Assembly: GCA_965140585.1 (NCBI GenBank) | Contig: OZ223270.1 | Span: forward strand, 160,001-224,000 | DNA: 64,000 bases | Reading direction: 5' to 3' | From: Spirochaetia bacterium | Lineage (GTDB): Bacteria; Spirochaetota; Spirochaetia; UBA9216 | Shown here: piece by piece, positions 1 to 8,761 of the stretch | How the letters are laid out: the number at the start of each line of letters is the position of its first letter | How positions within the stretch are numbered: position 1 is the stretch's first letter | Notes under the pieces: generated by a model | Told to the model about the DNA's origin: nothing | Databases searched by the model: none | What the model saw: the letters and a program-made list of their open reading frames with translations, nothing else | Position numbers and translations under genes: made by a program

Positions 1-294
1 CACCTGCTTTTTGATGACTGGTTTGTAAAAACCATGAAGGAAATCCTTCCCGGATGGCGGCGAACCGTAGCCCGGGCAGCTTTGTGGGGCATCCCGGTAC
101 CGGGAATATCATCAGCCCTGGCCTACTTTGACGGCTTCAGGACCGAAAAGATGCCTGCCAACCTGATTCAGGCACAGCGGGACTATTTCGGAGGGCACAT
201 GTACGAACGGACTGACAAGCCGAGGGGCGAGTTCTTCCATACCGACTGGACCGGTCACGGCGGAATCGCATCTTCAACCGCATATAATGTATAA
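1..294 (+). CDS. gnd: 6-phosphogluconate dehydrogenase, 3' part (gene starts before the window)
   Basis: C-terminal signature ANLIQAQRDYFGGHMYER..GEFFHTDW; frame is open from base 1; followed by pgl and zwf. Confidence 0.95.
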   Translation, partial: HLLFDDWFVKTMKEILPGWRRTVARAALWGIPVPGISSALAYFDGFRTEKMPANLIQAQRDYFGGHMYERTDKPRGEFFHTDWTGHGGIASSTAYNV

Positions 295-311
295 TCCCGG
301 AGGCTATTGCA

Positions 312-1043
312 ATGATAGAATTAAAAGTTTTTGATACACCCCATTCAATTGCGGAACAGACAGCCGGTATGCTTACCGGGAAAGGACAGGATAAATCTGC
401 CGCACTCTCTTGCGGGTCGACATACACCGAAATCTATGCCTTCTGGGAAGAGATTTTCAAACAGAAAACTGTTGCTGGGGAGAAGCTTTCTCTACCGTCT
501 TTTTTTGCAGCTGATGAGAGGCTTGTAGATTTTGAGGACTCTGCAAGCAACTGGGGAACCATCTGGAAGATCTTCATGTCTGAGTTCGGTACAGAAGCGG
601 ATCTGAAGCGTTTTGCATCCGGAAAAGCCAAATATGAAAAGATAGTCTCAATCTGGTTTAATAAGAATAAGCCGATGTTTGACCTGGTATTCCTGGGAAT
701 CGGCCCGGACGGACATACAGCAAGCCTGTTTCCCGGGTCATGCCCGGAAGCTGAGGATCAGAACTGGAAAGCCCTTGTGCTTGAGACAACGGCGCCCTTT
801 AATCCTCCTGAAAGGCTTACATTGGGACCAGAGGTTATCGCATCCGCCGGAGAACTTGTCATCATCATAACCGGTAACAAAAAATCGGGAGTCGCAGCTG
901 ATATTCTGAACCTCGATCACAGTCTGCCGCCGGTGAAAATCATAAAAAGACGGGGAGAACTGGGAATGAAAACAAGCTTTCTGATAGATGAAGCCTGTGC
1001 TTCAAAGATAGACCACCAGCTTATGGAGAAGTACCTGAAATGA
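312..1043 (+). CDS. pgl: 6-phosphogluconolactonase
   Basis: ADER, LGIGPDGHTASLFP and RLTL motifs; lies between gnd and zwf. Confidence 0.9.
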   Translation: MIELKVFDTPHSIAEQTAGMLTGKGQDKSAALSCGSTYTEIYAFWEEIFKQKTVAGEKLSLPSFFAADERLVDFEDSASNWGTIWKIFMSEFGTEADLKRFASGKAKYEKIVSIWFNKNKPMFDLVFLGIGPDGHTASLFPGSCPEAEDQNWKALVLETTAPFNPPERLTLGPEVIASAGELVIIITGNKKSGVAADILNLDHSLPPVKIIKRRGELGMKTSFLIDEACASKIDHQLMEKYLK

Positions 1044-2398
1044 AGTTTCCTAAAGTAGGCACAAAAAAAACAGTAAACCCGGCTGAAAAATCAGCTATAA
1101 TAATCCTTGGGGCATCCGGAGACCTGGCAAAGCGAAAGCTGATACCCGCGCTCTCGGTTCTCCGGGAACAGAACATGATAAGCGGCGATTCGGTAATAAT
1201 CGGAGAAGGCAGAAGCGCATTTACCGACGAAAGCTTCCGCAAGCGTTTCGAGATTACAGATGAATTTGCAGCCCAGATGTTCTATTATCAGGGGCTGAAA
1301 GGCCTTAGAGAATACACCCTTACAAAGGGAGAGTTTAAGCGAATCATCATATTCCTCTCACTCCCCCCTGAGAGTTACGCAGGAACCATAGAGGAACTCT
1401 ATATCGAGGGATTCCGCAACGAAGTGAGTATAGTCATAGAAAAGCCTTTCGGACGCGATTACGACAGCGCCAGGGCTCTCAATGAAGCTATTCACAGATA
1501 CTACCCGGAGGACCAGATATTCAGAAGTGATCACTACCTTGCCAAGGAAGCAGTCCAGAACATCCTGATTTTCCGCTTTGCAAACTCTATCTTTGAAGCA
1601 TCATGGAACAGCAACTACATCGAATCAATCCAGATTAACGCTTTTGAATCGATTGGAGTGGAGGAACGGGGACAGTACTTTGACACATCCGGTTCAATCC
1701 GTGACATGATTCAGAATCACCTGTTACAGATGCTCTGTCTGATCACTATGGATCCGCCTGTGAGCCTTGACCCCGAAGATATCCGTATCCAGAAATTCAG
1801 CATATTGAAATCAATTGAAATTGAAGAATTCAAACGGGGACAGTATATAGGCTATACCGAAGAGAAGGATGTGAACCCGGATTCAAATACTGAAACATGG
1901 GCCGAGATGAAGCTCAAGATAAACAACCACCGCTGGGCGGGAACCCCGGTTTACATCAGGACAGGAAAGGCCCTGGACAGAAAGGGAACTGAAATCGGAC
2001 TGAGATTCAGAAAACGCCCCCACGCCCTCTACAACCCTCCCGAGGGAACCGAGGCCAACGAGATCATCTTCAAGGTTCAGCCCTCAGAAGGCATCATCCT
2101 GCAGCTGACAGGCAAGAACCCTGGAATGGAACTTCAGCTGAGCCGTACAGACATGGCATTCTGTTATAACGACAGCTTTGACGAAGATATCCCTGAAGCC
2201 TACCAGAAACTGCTGATGGACGCTCTGCGCGGCGATCATACAATCTTTGTAAGTTCACGCGAGACTGAAATGGCCTGGCAGAAAATCGCGGAGGCACTGG
2301 ACAAGGGAAAACTGATGTTCTACCGGAAGGGAGAAGTCCCCGAGTCAATATTCGGAGACATCTGGATTAACTTTGAGAATTACGCAAATATCTGCTGA
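1040..2398 (+). CDS. zwf: Glucose-6-phosphate 1-dehydrogenase
   Basis: GASGDLAKRKL, IEKPFG, DHYLAKE, RDMIQNH and RTGK motifs; ATGA overlap with pgl. Confidence 0.96.
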   Translation: MKFPKVGTKKTVNPAEKSAIIILGASGDLAKRKLIPALSVLREQNMISGDSVIIGEGRSAFTDESFRKRFEITDEFAAQMFYYQGLKGLREYTLTKGEFKRIIIFLSLPPESYAGTIEELYIEGFRNEVSIVIEKPFGRDYDSARALNEAIHRYYPEDQIFRSDHYLAKEAVQNILIFRFANSIFEASWNSNYIESIQINAFESIGVEERGQYFDTSGSIRDMIQNHLLQMLCLITMDPPVSLDPEDIRIQKFSILKSIEIEEFKRGQYIGYTEEKDVNPDSNTETWAEMKLKINNHRWAGTPVYIRTGKALDRKGTEIGLRFRKRPHALYNPPEGTEANEIIFKVQPSEGIILQLTGKNPGMELQLSRTDMAFCYNDSFDEDIPEAYQKLLMDALRGDHTIFVSSRETEMAWQKIAEALDKGKLMFYRKGEVPESIFGDIWINFENYANIC

Positions 2399-3557
2399 CC
2401 AGGTAAAATACCAGGCTTAAAGCTACCGAAACTGCTGATATAACGTAAATTGCCGAATACCCAAGGGAGTTTGATATATAGCCAAGCAGTATCGAGCCTC
2501 CGCCGACCCCCAGATCCAGAGCGATGTAAAAGGTAGCATTTGCAGCGCCCCTTCTTTTCTGCTCAACATCCTTTACTGCTATTGCGTTGAATGTCGGCTG
2601 AAGAGTTCCGTAGCCTACACCGTATAATGCAGCAGCTACAGAAAAGGCCAGCATTGATTTTGCACCGGCAATCATCAGCAGGGCAATTACGGCAAGAACC
2701 ATCCCTGGTATTATTACTACCTGATACCCGAATCGGTCTCCGGCCTTACCGGCAAAAAGCCTTGAAAGGATCACCATTACAGGATATATGACAAAGAAGA
2801 ACTGCATGTTTTCAATTCCAAGGGAATAACCGTAAGAGGCAACAAAGGTTATCAGTGCGCCATAGGAAAGCGATGCCAGAACCATCATGATTGATGCTGG
2901 AATTGCCTTGGTTTCGATAGAGTATACCTTTTTTAGAAGTGCAAGCCCCTTTACCGGTGTATCATCGTGATGAAGGGCTCTCTTATCCTTACTCAGAAAA
3001 AAGGCGAGAATCACCGAAACGCAGCTTATCGGAACAATTATCATAAAAAGAAAATCGTAGCCGAACGCGCCGAGAATTGTCAGACCGATCAGCGGGCCGA
3101 CGGCATTACAAACTGTTACAACTACTGCATAGTAGCCTATTCCCTCAGACATTCTTGATTTGGGGACAAGGTCGGTAACGATTGTAGCAAAAGCGGTTGA
3201 GATTATTGAAAAACCGATGCCCTGTATCAATCTTATTACAAGGTTAAGAGTAACCGAATCTGTGAAATTGAGCATGATAACACCGGCTATCATCGGAATA
3301 AATCCAAGAAGGGTTATCATCTTTCTGCCGTGGTTATCGAGAAAATAGCCGATTACCGGGCGCATTAACATCGCAGAGAAGGAGTAAATACCCGTTGCAA
3401 GCCCGGCAGCTGTATTATTGCCGCCGATGGATTTTATGTAAAGCGGCATGGCTACCAGAAGGATAAAATGTACAATAAAGGATGAGAGGTTAAGCAACAT
3501 TATCAGGTTGTATTGGCGCGTCCAGAGCTTTTCGGACGGGTGGTTAGTCATATTCAT
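2367..3557 (-). CDS. MFS transporter
   Basis: About 12 hydrophobic segments; motif-A-like G..LDNHGRK and GKAGDRFG; 3' end overlaps zwf by 32 nt. Confidence 0.9.
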   Translation of the reverse strand: MNMTNHPSEKLWTRQYNLIMLLNLSSFIVHFILLVAMPLYIKSIGGNNTAAGLATGIYSFSAMLMRPVIGYFLDNHGRKMITLLGFIPMIAGVIMLNFTDSVTLNLVIRLIQGIGFSIISTAFATIVTDLVPKSRMSEGIGYYAVVVTVCNAVGPLIGLTILGAFGYDFLFMIIVPISCVSVILAFFLSKDKRALHHDDTPVKGLALLKKVYSIETKAIPASIMMVLASLSYGALITFVASYGYSLGIENMQFFFVIYPVMVILSRLFAGKAGDRFGYQVVIIPGMVLAVIALLMIAGAKSMLAFSVAAALYGVGYGTLQPTFNAIAVKDVEQKRRGAANATFYIALDLGVGGGSILLGYISNSLGYSAIYVISAVSVALSLVFYLVSRYLRNSQS

Positions 3558-3694
3558 GTAAGCAATTATACAGGCCGGAAATTATATAAACAACGCACTG
3601 TATAAAACATAGCGGTATCATTTTTATACTTTGCGGTAAACTACTAGTAAAAAATCATTATGTTAAAATCATACTTTTCAGCCTGCCGGAAATC

Positions 3695-3722
3695 TTGTTT
3701 ATATATGAATCAGTGATATAAT
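3695..3722 (+). promoter_or_regulatory. Sigma70-type promoter of the small peptide gene
   Basis: TTGTTT(3695)-N16-TATAAT(3717) with extended TG at 3714. Confidence 0.6.
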
Positions 3723-3778
3723 ATATGCTATATAGGTATAAAATCTATTTTGATTCTTATATCTTGGGAGGAAATATT

Positions 3779-3988
3779 ATGAAAAAAACATATACAAAAC
3801 CGGTTGTTCAAAGCGAAAAACTGGAGTTCGGTGTATTCGGACGCTACCACATCGTATCAAACGGGAGACCGGGAAATAACGGTATTGGGAATGCATTTGG
3901 ATTTCCGGGTAATGATCCGAACAAATTCGGCAACAACGGAAAGGACCATGATTTTCACTGGCCTTTTGGAAGACATAAAAATCCATAA
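3779..3988 (+). CDS. 69-aa RiPP-precursor-like peptide (YxxP leader, Gly/Asn/Phe-rich core)
   Basis: GGAGG at 3767-3771, ATG at 3779; MKKTYTKPVVQSEKLEFG...; promoter upstream and terminator downstream. Confidence 0.75.
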   Translation: MKKTYTKPVVQSEKLEFGVFGRYHIVSNGRPGNNGIGNAFGFPGNDPNKFGNNGKDHDFHWPFGRHKNP

Positions 3989-4010
3989 TCAGTTTTATTT
4001 GCATAATCAG

Positions 4011-4040
4011 GGAAGCCGGTACAGACGGCTTCCTTTTTTA
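4011..4040 (+). terminator. Intrinsic terminator after the peptide gene
   Basis: GGAAGCCG-N7-CGGCTTCC followed by T6. Confidence 0.85.
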
Positions 4041-4107
4041 TTTTCAAGCCCTTCTTTTTTCACTCTTTTAATGCAATACTTATTTTATCGGGAACAAGGA
4101 TTAGAAA

Positions 4108-5985
4108 TTGGGAATTCTAAAAAAGCGAATCAGTGATCTTCGTCTCATCACACGTACGGTAAAGCTTGTATGGAACTGCTGCAGGGGCCTGACTGCGACA
4201 TCATTTCTGATCATGTTTCTTCAGGGCGCCCTGCCTATTGTTCCTGTGTACATCATAAAACTGATAGTTGACGCAGTTGCAGCACAGCAGCCTTTTGGTC
4301 GGATTCTGCCCTATGTTATCGCAATCGGCGGAGCTATAATCCTGAATGCCCTTTTAAAATCTGTGGGCGGCTACATAAGCAATAAGCAGTCTCTTATACT
4401 GGTAGACTACATGCAGGAACTGATTCAGGACAAGTCGCTTGAACTGGACCTGTCATTTTATGATAATCCCGATTTTTTTGATAAAATGCACCGTGCCCAG
4501 CAGGAAGCGCCTACCCTGCCGGCCCAGATTATAAATAACCTTATGGGAATCATCTGCTCCGGCATTTCAACCGCAGGGATAGCGGGACTGCTTATAGTTA
4601 CCCTGCCCTGGTATATCGTAATCATCCTTGTTATAACAGCCCTGCCAATGGTAGCTGTCAGGATCATTAATTCCAAAAGATCCTACGCCTGGTATATGAA
4701 GAACACTACCGCAGCCCGGCGCGTAGATTACCTTAACTGGCTGCTTACAGGACAGGGCCATGCAAGAGAACTGCGGCTGCTTGGACTTGGAAAGCTATTG
4801 AAGGAACGGTCTCAAAAAGGCAGGGAATACCTGCGCAGCGGCAGGCTGGAGCTTTCTGCAAAACGGACAAGAGGTGAGTTTATCACAACGGGGATTCAGG
4901 CTGCGGTCACCGCCGGGCTTATCGGCTACTTCGCGTACAACAGCATCTATTCCGACGGCTCACTCGGAGATCTGGTGCTGTTTTTTCAGGCTATACAGAA
5001 GGGACAGCAGGTTTTAGGCGATCTGCTTCAGGGCGGAGCGGTATTGTATGAATCGACACTCTACCTTCAGAATGTCTACGATTTCATGGACCTTGAACCA
5101 GCAATCAGAAAGAATGAAAATAAAAGCTCCGCAGAAACAGGCAGCCCGGAAGATAGCAACAGCGGTATAATTGTGAAAAATGTCAGCTTCTCCTACCCGG
5201 GAATCGACAGAAAGGTGCTGCAGAATATTAACATAGAAGCCGGACCAAAGGAGTTTATCGCGATTGTCGGGGACAACGGTGCGGGAAAATCAACACTGAC
5301 AAAACTGCTTTCCAGATTTTATGACCCCTCAGATGGAGTGATTATGTTAAACGGCAGCGACATGCGTGCACTGAATGATGAATCCATACGTTCCTGCATG
5401 GCCGTCCTTCAGCAGGATTTTACCGACTACCACTACTCTGCTGCAGAGAACATCTGGCTTGGAGATATATCAAAAGAAAAAAATGCAGAGAACATTGCTC
5501 AAGCCGCCCGGAAGGCTGGAATTGATAAAACACTTCAAAGCCTTCCGCAGGGATACGACACAATGCTCGGACGCTACATAGAAGACGGCAGCCAGCTAAG
5601 CGGCGGCCAATGGAAGAAGCTTGCCCTCGCCCGAGCCCTTTTTCGCGAAGCACCCATCGTTATCCTGGATGAACCGACGGCCAACCTCGATCCGATAGCC
5701 GAAACCGAGTTTATCGACAGCTTGCCCGACCTGGCGGAAGGAAGATGCCTGATCATGATCAGCCACAAAATAGCCTCTGTAAGGCAGGCTGACAGGATTT
5801 ATGTCATGCGTGACGGGCGGGTTATTGAAACAGGCAGTCATGACGAGCTTATCAGGCAAAACGGATACTATGCAGGACTCTACCACACCCAGCTGCGCCA
5901 GATGGGGAAATCAGAAAATGACAAAGATATTATTAATGCAGGAATTGAGACCCTGCGTGAGTCGACTAAAGATGATGAATGGTAA
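4108..5985 (+). CDS. ABC exporter (fused TMD+NBD)
   Basis: N-terminal TM helices, Walker A GDNGAGKS, LSGGQW, ILDEPT; TTG start. Confidence 0.92.
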   Translation: MGILKKRISDLRLITRTVKLVWNCCRGLTATSFLIMFLQGALPIVPVYIIKLIVDAVAAQQPFGRILPYVIAIGGAIILNALLKSVGGYISNKQSLILVDYMQELIQDKSLELDLSFYDNPDFFDKMHRAQQEAPTLPAQIINNLMGIICSGISTAGIAGLLIVTLPWYIVIILVITALPMVAVRIINSKRSYAWYMKNTTAARRVDYLNWLLTGQGHARELRLLGLGKLLKERSQKGREYLRSGRLELSAKRTRGEFITTGIQAAVTAGLIGYFAYNSIYSDGSLGDLVLFFQAIQKGQQVLGDLLQGGAVLYESTLYLQNVYDFMDLEPAIRKNENKSSAETGSPEDSNSGIIVKNVSFSYPGIDRKVLQNINIEAGPKEFIAIVGDNGAGKSTLTKLLSRFYDPSDGVIMLNGSDMRALNDESIRSCMAVLQQDFTDYHYSAAENIWLGDISKEKNAENIAQAARKAGIDKTLQSLPQGYDTMLGRYIEDGSQLSGGQWKKLALARALFREAPIVILDEPTANLDPIAETEFIDSLPDLAEGRCLIMISHKIASVRQADRIYVMRDGRVIETGSHDELIRQNGYYAGLYHTQLRQMGKSENDKDIINAGIETLRESTKDDEW

Positions 5986-6001
5986 ATATCACATTAAAAT
6001 T

Positions 6002-6121
6002 TCATGCAGTTTTTAAATCAATTATCTTATCTTCAAGACTGGCGGCGGCATACTCAAGAGCCTGTTTAAGATCTTCACGACTCTCGTATAATGCAAGAAG
6101 TTCAGCAACTCTTTTTATCAA
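6002..6121 (-). pseudogene. DUF433-like antitoxin remnant
   Basis: Reverse strand reads LIKRVAELLALYESREDLKQALEYAAASLEDKIIDLKTA*; its stop overlaps an ATG beginning MKF*CD. Confidence 0.5.
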
Positions 6122-6147
6122 AAAAAACCCGGACGGCGGCCCGGGTT
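6120..6147 (-). terminator. Intrinsic terminator of pyrG
   Basis: AACCCGG-N8-CCGGGTT with an A-run on its left (U-run on the minus strand). Confidence 0.8.
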
Positions 6148-6172
6148 CTGAATTATCAACTTAAACTCAAAA

Positions 6173-7783
6173 CTACTTTGAGCTCTTCTTTTCTATTGCG
6201 CCCTTAATGAATCCGGCGAAAAGCGGATGCGGGTCTGTGGGCTTTGAGGTAAACTCGGGGTGGAACTGTACACCGGTGCTCCAGCAGTGATTCGGCCACT
6301 GTACAGCCTCAACAAGCTGGTTGCCGGGAGTAGTTCCACCGATGATAAGGCCTGATTCTTCAAGGATCTCACGGTATTTGACCGAAACCTCGTAGCGGTG
6401 TCGGTGACGCTCATGGATGAGCGGTGTGCCGTAGCATTCGCGGATAAGACTTCCGTCTTTGAGGTGAGATTCGCTTCGGCCAAGACGCATTGTTCCGCCG
6501 TAGTCCTTAACATCAAGCTGCTCTTCAAGCAGACTGATTACCGGAGCCTCGCATTCCGGCTGGAACTCGGTACTGTTTGCATCGGCAAGGCCGGCTACAA
6601 AGCGGGCGTACTCGATTACCATTATCTGCATTCCAAGACAGATTCCCAGAATCGGAATATTTTTGGTTCTTGCATAGTTGGCCGCAAGAATCATTCCTTC
6701 AATACCGCGCTTTCCGAAGCCTCCGGGAATGAGGATTCCGTCGAGATTATCAAGCTGCTTGAGCTGCTTGGTATCCTTTTCAAGATTCTCGGAATCAACC
6801 CTTACAATTTCAACCTTCACTCCGTTGGCTATTCCACCGTGGCAGAGTGCTTCATTGATGGACTTATAGGCATCGTTGAGTTCAACGTACTTGCCGACCA
6901 TTCCGATTTTGATCGTATCTGCCGGATTATTATAAACTTCCGACACCTTTTCCCACTTGGATTTATCAGGCTCAACATATTCAAGCCCTAGTCTTTTGAG
7001 AACTATACGATCGAATCCCTGATTGGCATAAACCAGAGGGATTTCATAAATTGTTCCGTCTACGTCATATGCAGAGATTACACAGTCCTTATCGACATTG
7101 GTAAAAAGCGAAATTTTACGCTTCATCTCGTCATCAAGCGGCTTTGTTGAACGGCAGAGGAGAACATCAGGCTGAATACCTATCTCACGAAGCTCCTTGG
7201 CCGAATGCTGGGTAGGTTTGGTTTTAAATTCCTCGCCTGCGACCATCGGCACGAGTGTAAGATGAACAAAAACAACGTTCTCGCGTCCGACATCCGAGCT
7301 GAACTGCCTTGCAGCTTCCAGATAGGGAACCGATTCGATATCACCAACGGTTCCTCCTACTTCGACTATTGTAACTTCAGAGTCATTGTCGTTACCCGCA
7401 AGTGAAATTCTGCGTTTGATCTCGTCAGTTATATGGGGAATAACCTGAACAGTGCGTCCCAGGTAGCGTCCCTCACGTTCCTTTCTTATAACTTCCTGAT
7501 AAATCTGGCCGGTGGTTATTGTCTGATTCTTTGTGACCGGTGATGATGTGAACCGGAAATAGTTTCCAAGGTCCAGATCGGTTTCAGCCCCGTCATCTGT
7601 TACGTAAACTTCTCCATGCTGGAAGGGGCTCATAGTTCCGGCATCAACATTCAGATATGGATCAATCTTGACCATGCAGACCCTCAGTCCATGACATTCT
7701 AACAGGGTCCCGATAGAGGCCGCAGCGACCCCTTTACCCAGGCTGGAACAGACTCCGCCCGTTACAAAAACATACTTCTTCAT
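6173..7783 (-). CDS. pyrG: CTP synthase
   Basis: KYVFVTGGVCSSLGKG, KTKPTQ, GICLGMQ and QFHPEF motifs. Confidence 0.98.
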   Translation of the reverse strand: MKKYVFVTGGVCSSLGKGVAAASIGTLLECHGLRVCMVKIDPYLNVDAGTMSPFQHGEVYVTDDGAETDLDLGNYFRFTSSPVTKNQTITTGQIYQEVIRKEREGRYLGRTVQVIPHITDEIKRRISLAGNDNDSEVTIVEVGGTVGDIESVPYLEAARQFSSDVGRENVVFVHLTLVPMVAGEEFKTKPTQHSAKELREIGIQPDVLLCRSTKPLDDEMKRKISLFTNVDKDCVISAYDVDGTIYEIPLVYANQGFDRIVLKRLGLEYVEPDKSKWEKVSEVYNNPADTIKIGMVGKYVELNDAYKSINEALCHGGIANGVKVEIVRVDSENLEKDTKQLKQLDNLDGILIPGGFGKRGIEGMILAANYARTKNIPILGICLGMQIMVIEYARFVAGLADANSTEFQPECEAPVISLLEEQLDVKDYGGTMRLGRSESHLKDGSLIRECYGTPLIHERHRHRYEVSVKYREILEESGLIIGGTTPGNQLVEAVQWPNHCWSTGVQFHPEFTSKPTDPHPLFAGFIKGAIEKKSSK

Positions 7784-7791
7784 GTAGATAT

Positions 7792-7820
7792 ATTATCCAG
7801 TTCGCGGGCCTGTATGTCAA
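7792..7820 (-). promoter_or_regulatory. Sigma70 promoter of pyrG (probably leaderless mRNA)
   Basis: TTGACA-N17-GATAAT, then 8 nt to ATG, no SD. Confidence 0.65.
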
Positions 7821-7888
7821 AGGGAAAACCACTAATTCCTTAACGATTCACTGACAATTTACTACCCCCCGTGATGATTGAAGGATTA

Positions 7889-8182
7889 CTAAGAAGCTTT
7901 TATCTGAGGTATTCTTTCTAATTCGTAAGCGATTTTTTCTCTTTCTTTTCTTAGATCATATTCATCCTGAATCCCTAACCAAAAATCTGCAGAATTTCCA
8001 AAATATTTAGAAAATCTCAAAGCTGTATCTGCTGTTATCTTTCTATTGCCCTTTATTATCTGGGAAACCCTTGTGGCTGGTACATTGGTGTCTTTAGCTA
8101 ATCGATAAGCTGAAATATTCAAGGGAATGAGAAATTCTTCTAACAAAATCTCTCCAGGCGTTATTGTAGGTATTCTTTCCAT
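7889..8182 (-). CDS. higA: HigA family antitoxin (XRE HTH)
   Basis: TPGEILLEEFL..ITADTALRFSKYFG.SADFWLGIQ; alternative start at 8194. Confidence 0.92.
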   Translation of the reverse strand: MERIPTITPGEILLEEFLIPLNISAYRLAKDTNVPATRVSQIIKGNRKITADTALRFSKYFGNSADFWLGIQDEYDLRKEREKIAYELERIPQIKAS

Positions 8183-8195
8183 ATCTTCACCCATG

Positions 8196-8477
8196 CTAAT
8201 GATAATCTGTTATTTCTACATCACTTGCAGAACCGTTACTCCAATGAAAGCATATTCTCCATTGATTATTTATTCTTATGCTATATTGGCCCTTCCTATT
8301 TCCAGTTAATTGTTCTAAATAATTTCCCGGAGGAACTCTTAAATCAATTACATCTTTCGCTCGATGAATCATGATAAGCTTTCTCAAATCTATTCTCTGA
8401 ATATCTTTAGGAAATCGTTTTGAATAAATTTCTTCCCAGATTTTTCTGGTTTCTTTATCTTTAAATGATTCAATCAC
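8196..8477 (-). CDS. higB: HigB family toxin (RelE/ParE superfamily)
   Basis: IESFKDKET..LRVPPGNYLE.L.G.RKGQYSIRINNQWRICF..EITDYH; toxin precedes antitoxin; GTG start at 8477. Confidence 0.92.
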   Translation of the reverse strand: MIESFKDKETRKIWEEIYSKRFPKDIQRIDLRKLIMIHRAKDVIDLRVPPGNYLEQLTGNRKGQYSIRINNQWRICFHWSNGSASDVEITDYH

Positions 8478-8484
8478 TAAAAAA

Positions 8485-8519
8485 ATAATAACGCCTAACA
8501 TTATTAACGCCAAGAGTTA
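8485..8519 (-). promoter_or_regulatory. higBA promoter with two tandem operator-like imperfect palindromes
   Basis: TTGGCG-N17-TATTAT-7nt-GTG; TAACGCCTAACATTA (8489-8503) and TAACGCCAAGAGTTA (8505-8519). Confidence 0.6.
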
Positions 8520-8556
8520 ATATATTTTCGAATGTTAAAAAATCGAAGCCAACTAC

Positions 8557-8684
8557 TAAAAAATCAAAAGTGAGAAACTTTTGATTTTTATACCTTAGAT
8601 GTAAAGGAACAATATTTTTGCAATTTATTGCTAAAATATTGTTCAAGTTAAAAAATCAGAGCGTACCGGCTCTGATTTTTTAAC
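8557..8684. repeat. Three-hairpin dispersed element, copy A
   Basis: Stems 8559-71/8577-89, 8607-18/8633-44 and 8647-62/8669-84; linker ACCTTAGATGTAAAG at 8592-8606. Confidence 0.8.
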
Positions 8685-8707
8685 ACAATCCTAACAAATT
8701 TCTAACA
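8680..8707 (+). promoter_or_regulatory. Pho-box-like direct repeats upstream of pstC
   Basis: TTAACA, CTAACA, CTAACA at 8680, 8691 and 8702 (11-bp period), resembling PhoP/PhoB boxes; directly upstream of the pst-pho operon. Confidence 0.7.
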
Positions 8708-8761
8708 ATTCAAGAACGCTCTGCTAATAGTTTATACCTGCAAACTATTAGGAGATATATT

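Noticed and set aside
3725-3988. 87-aa version of the peptide ORF starting at 3725
   Set aside because: That ATG is only 2 nt from the -10 box and has no SD; the GGAGG at 3767 supports ATG 3779
3779-3988. Canonical lasso peptide precursor
   Set aside because: No YxxPxLxxxG...T(-2) pattern and no B or C genes nearby; kept only as generically RiPP-like
5979-6164. 61-aa plus-strand ORF
   Set aside because: Antisense shadow of the DUF433-like remnant and the pyrG terminator
8557-8684. Reading the three-hairpin elements as ordinary terminators or CRISPR repeats
   Set aside because: Stems are AT-rich, two copies lie between divergent genes, the layout and linker are shared, and there is no repeat-spacer array or cas gene
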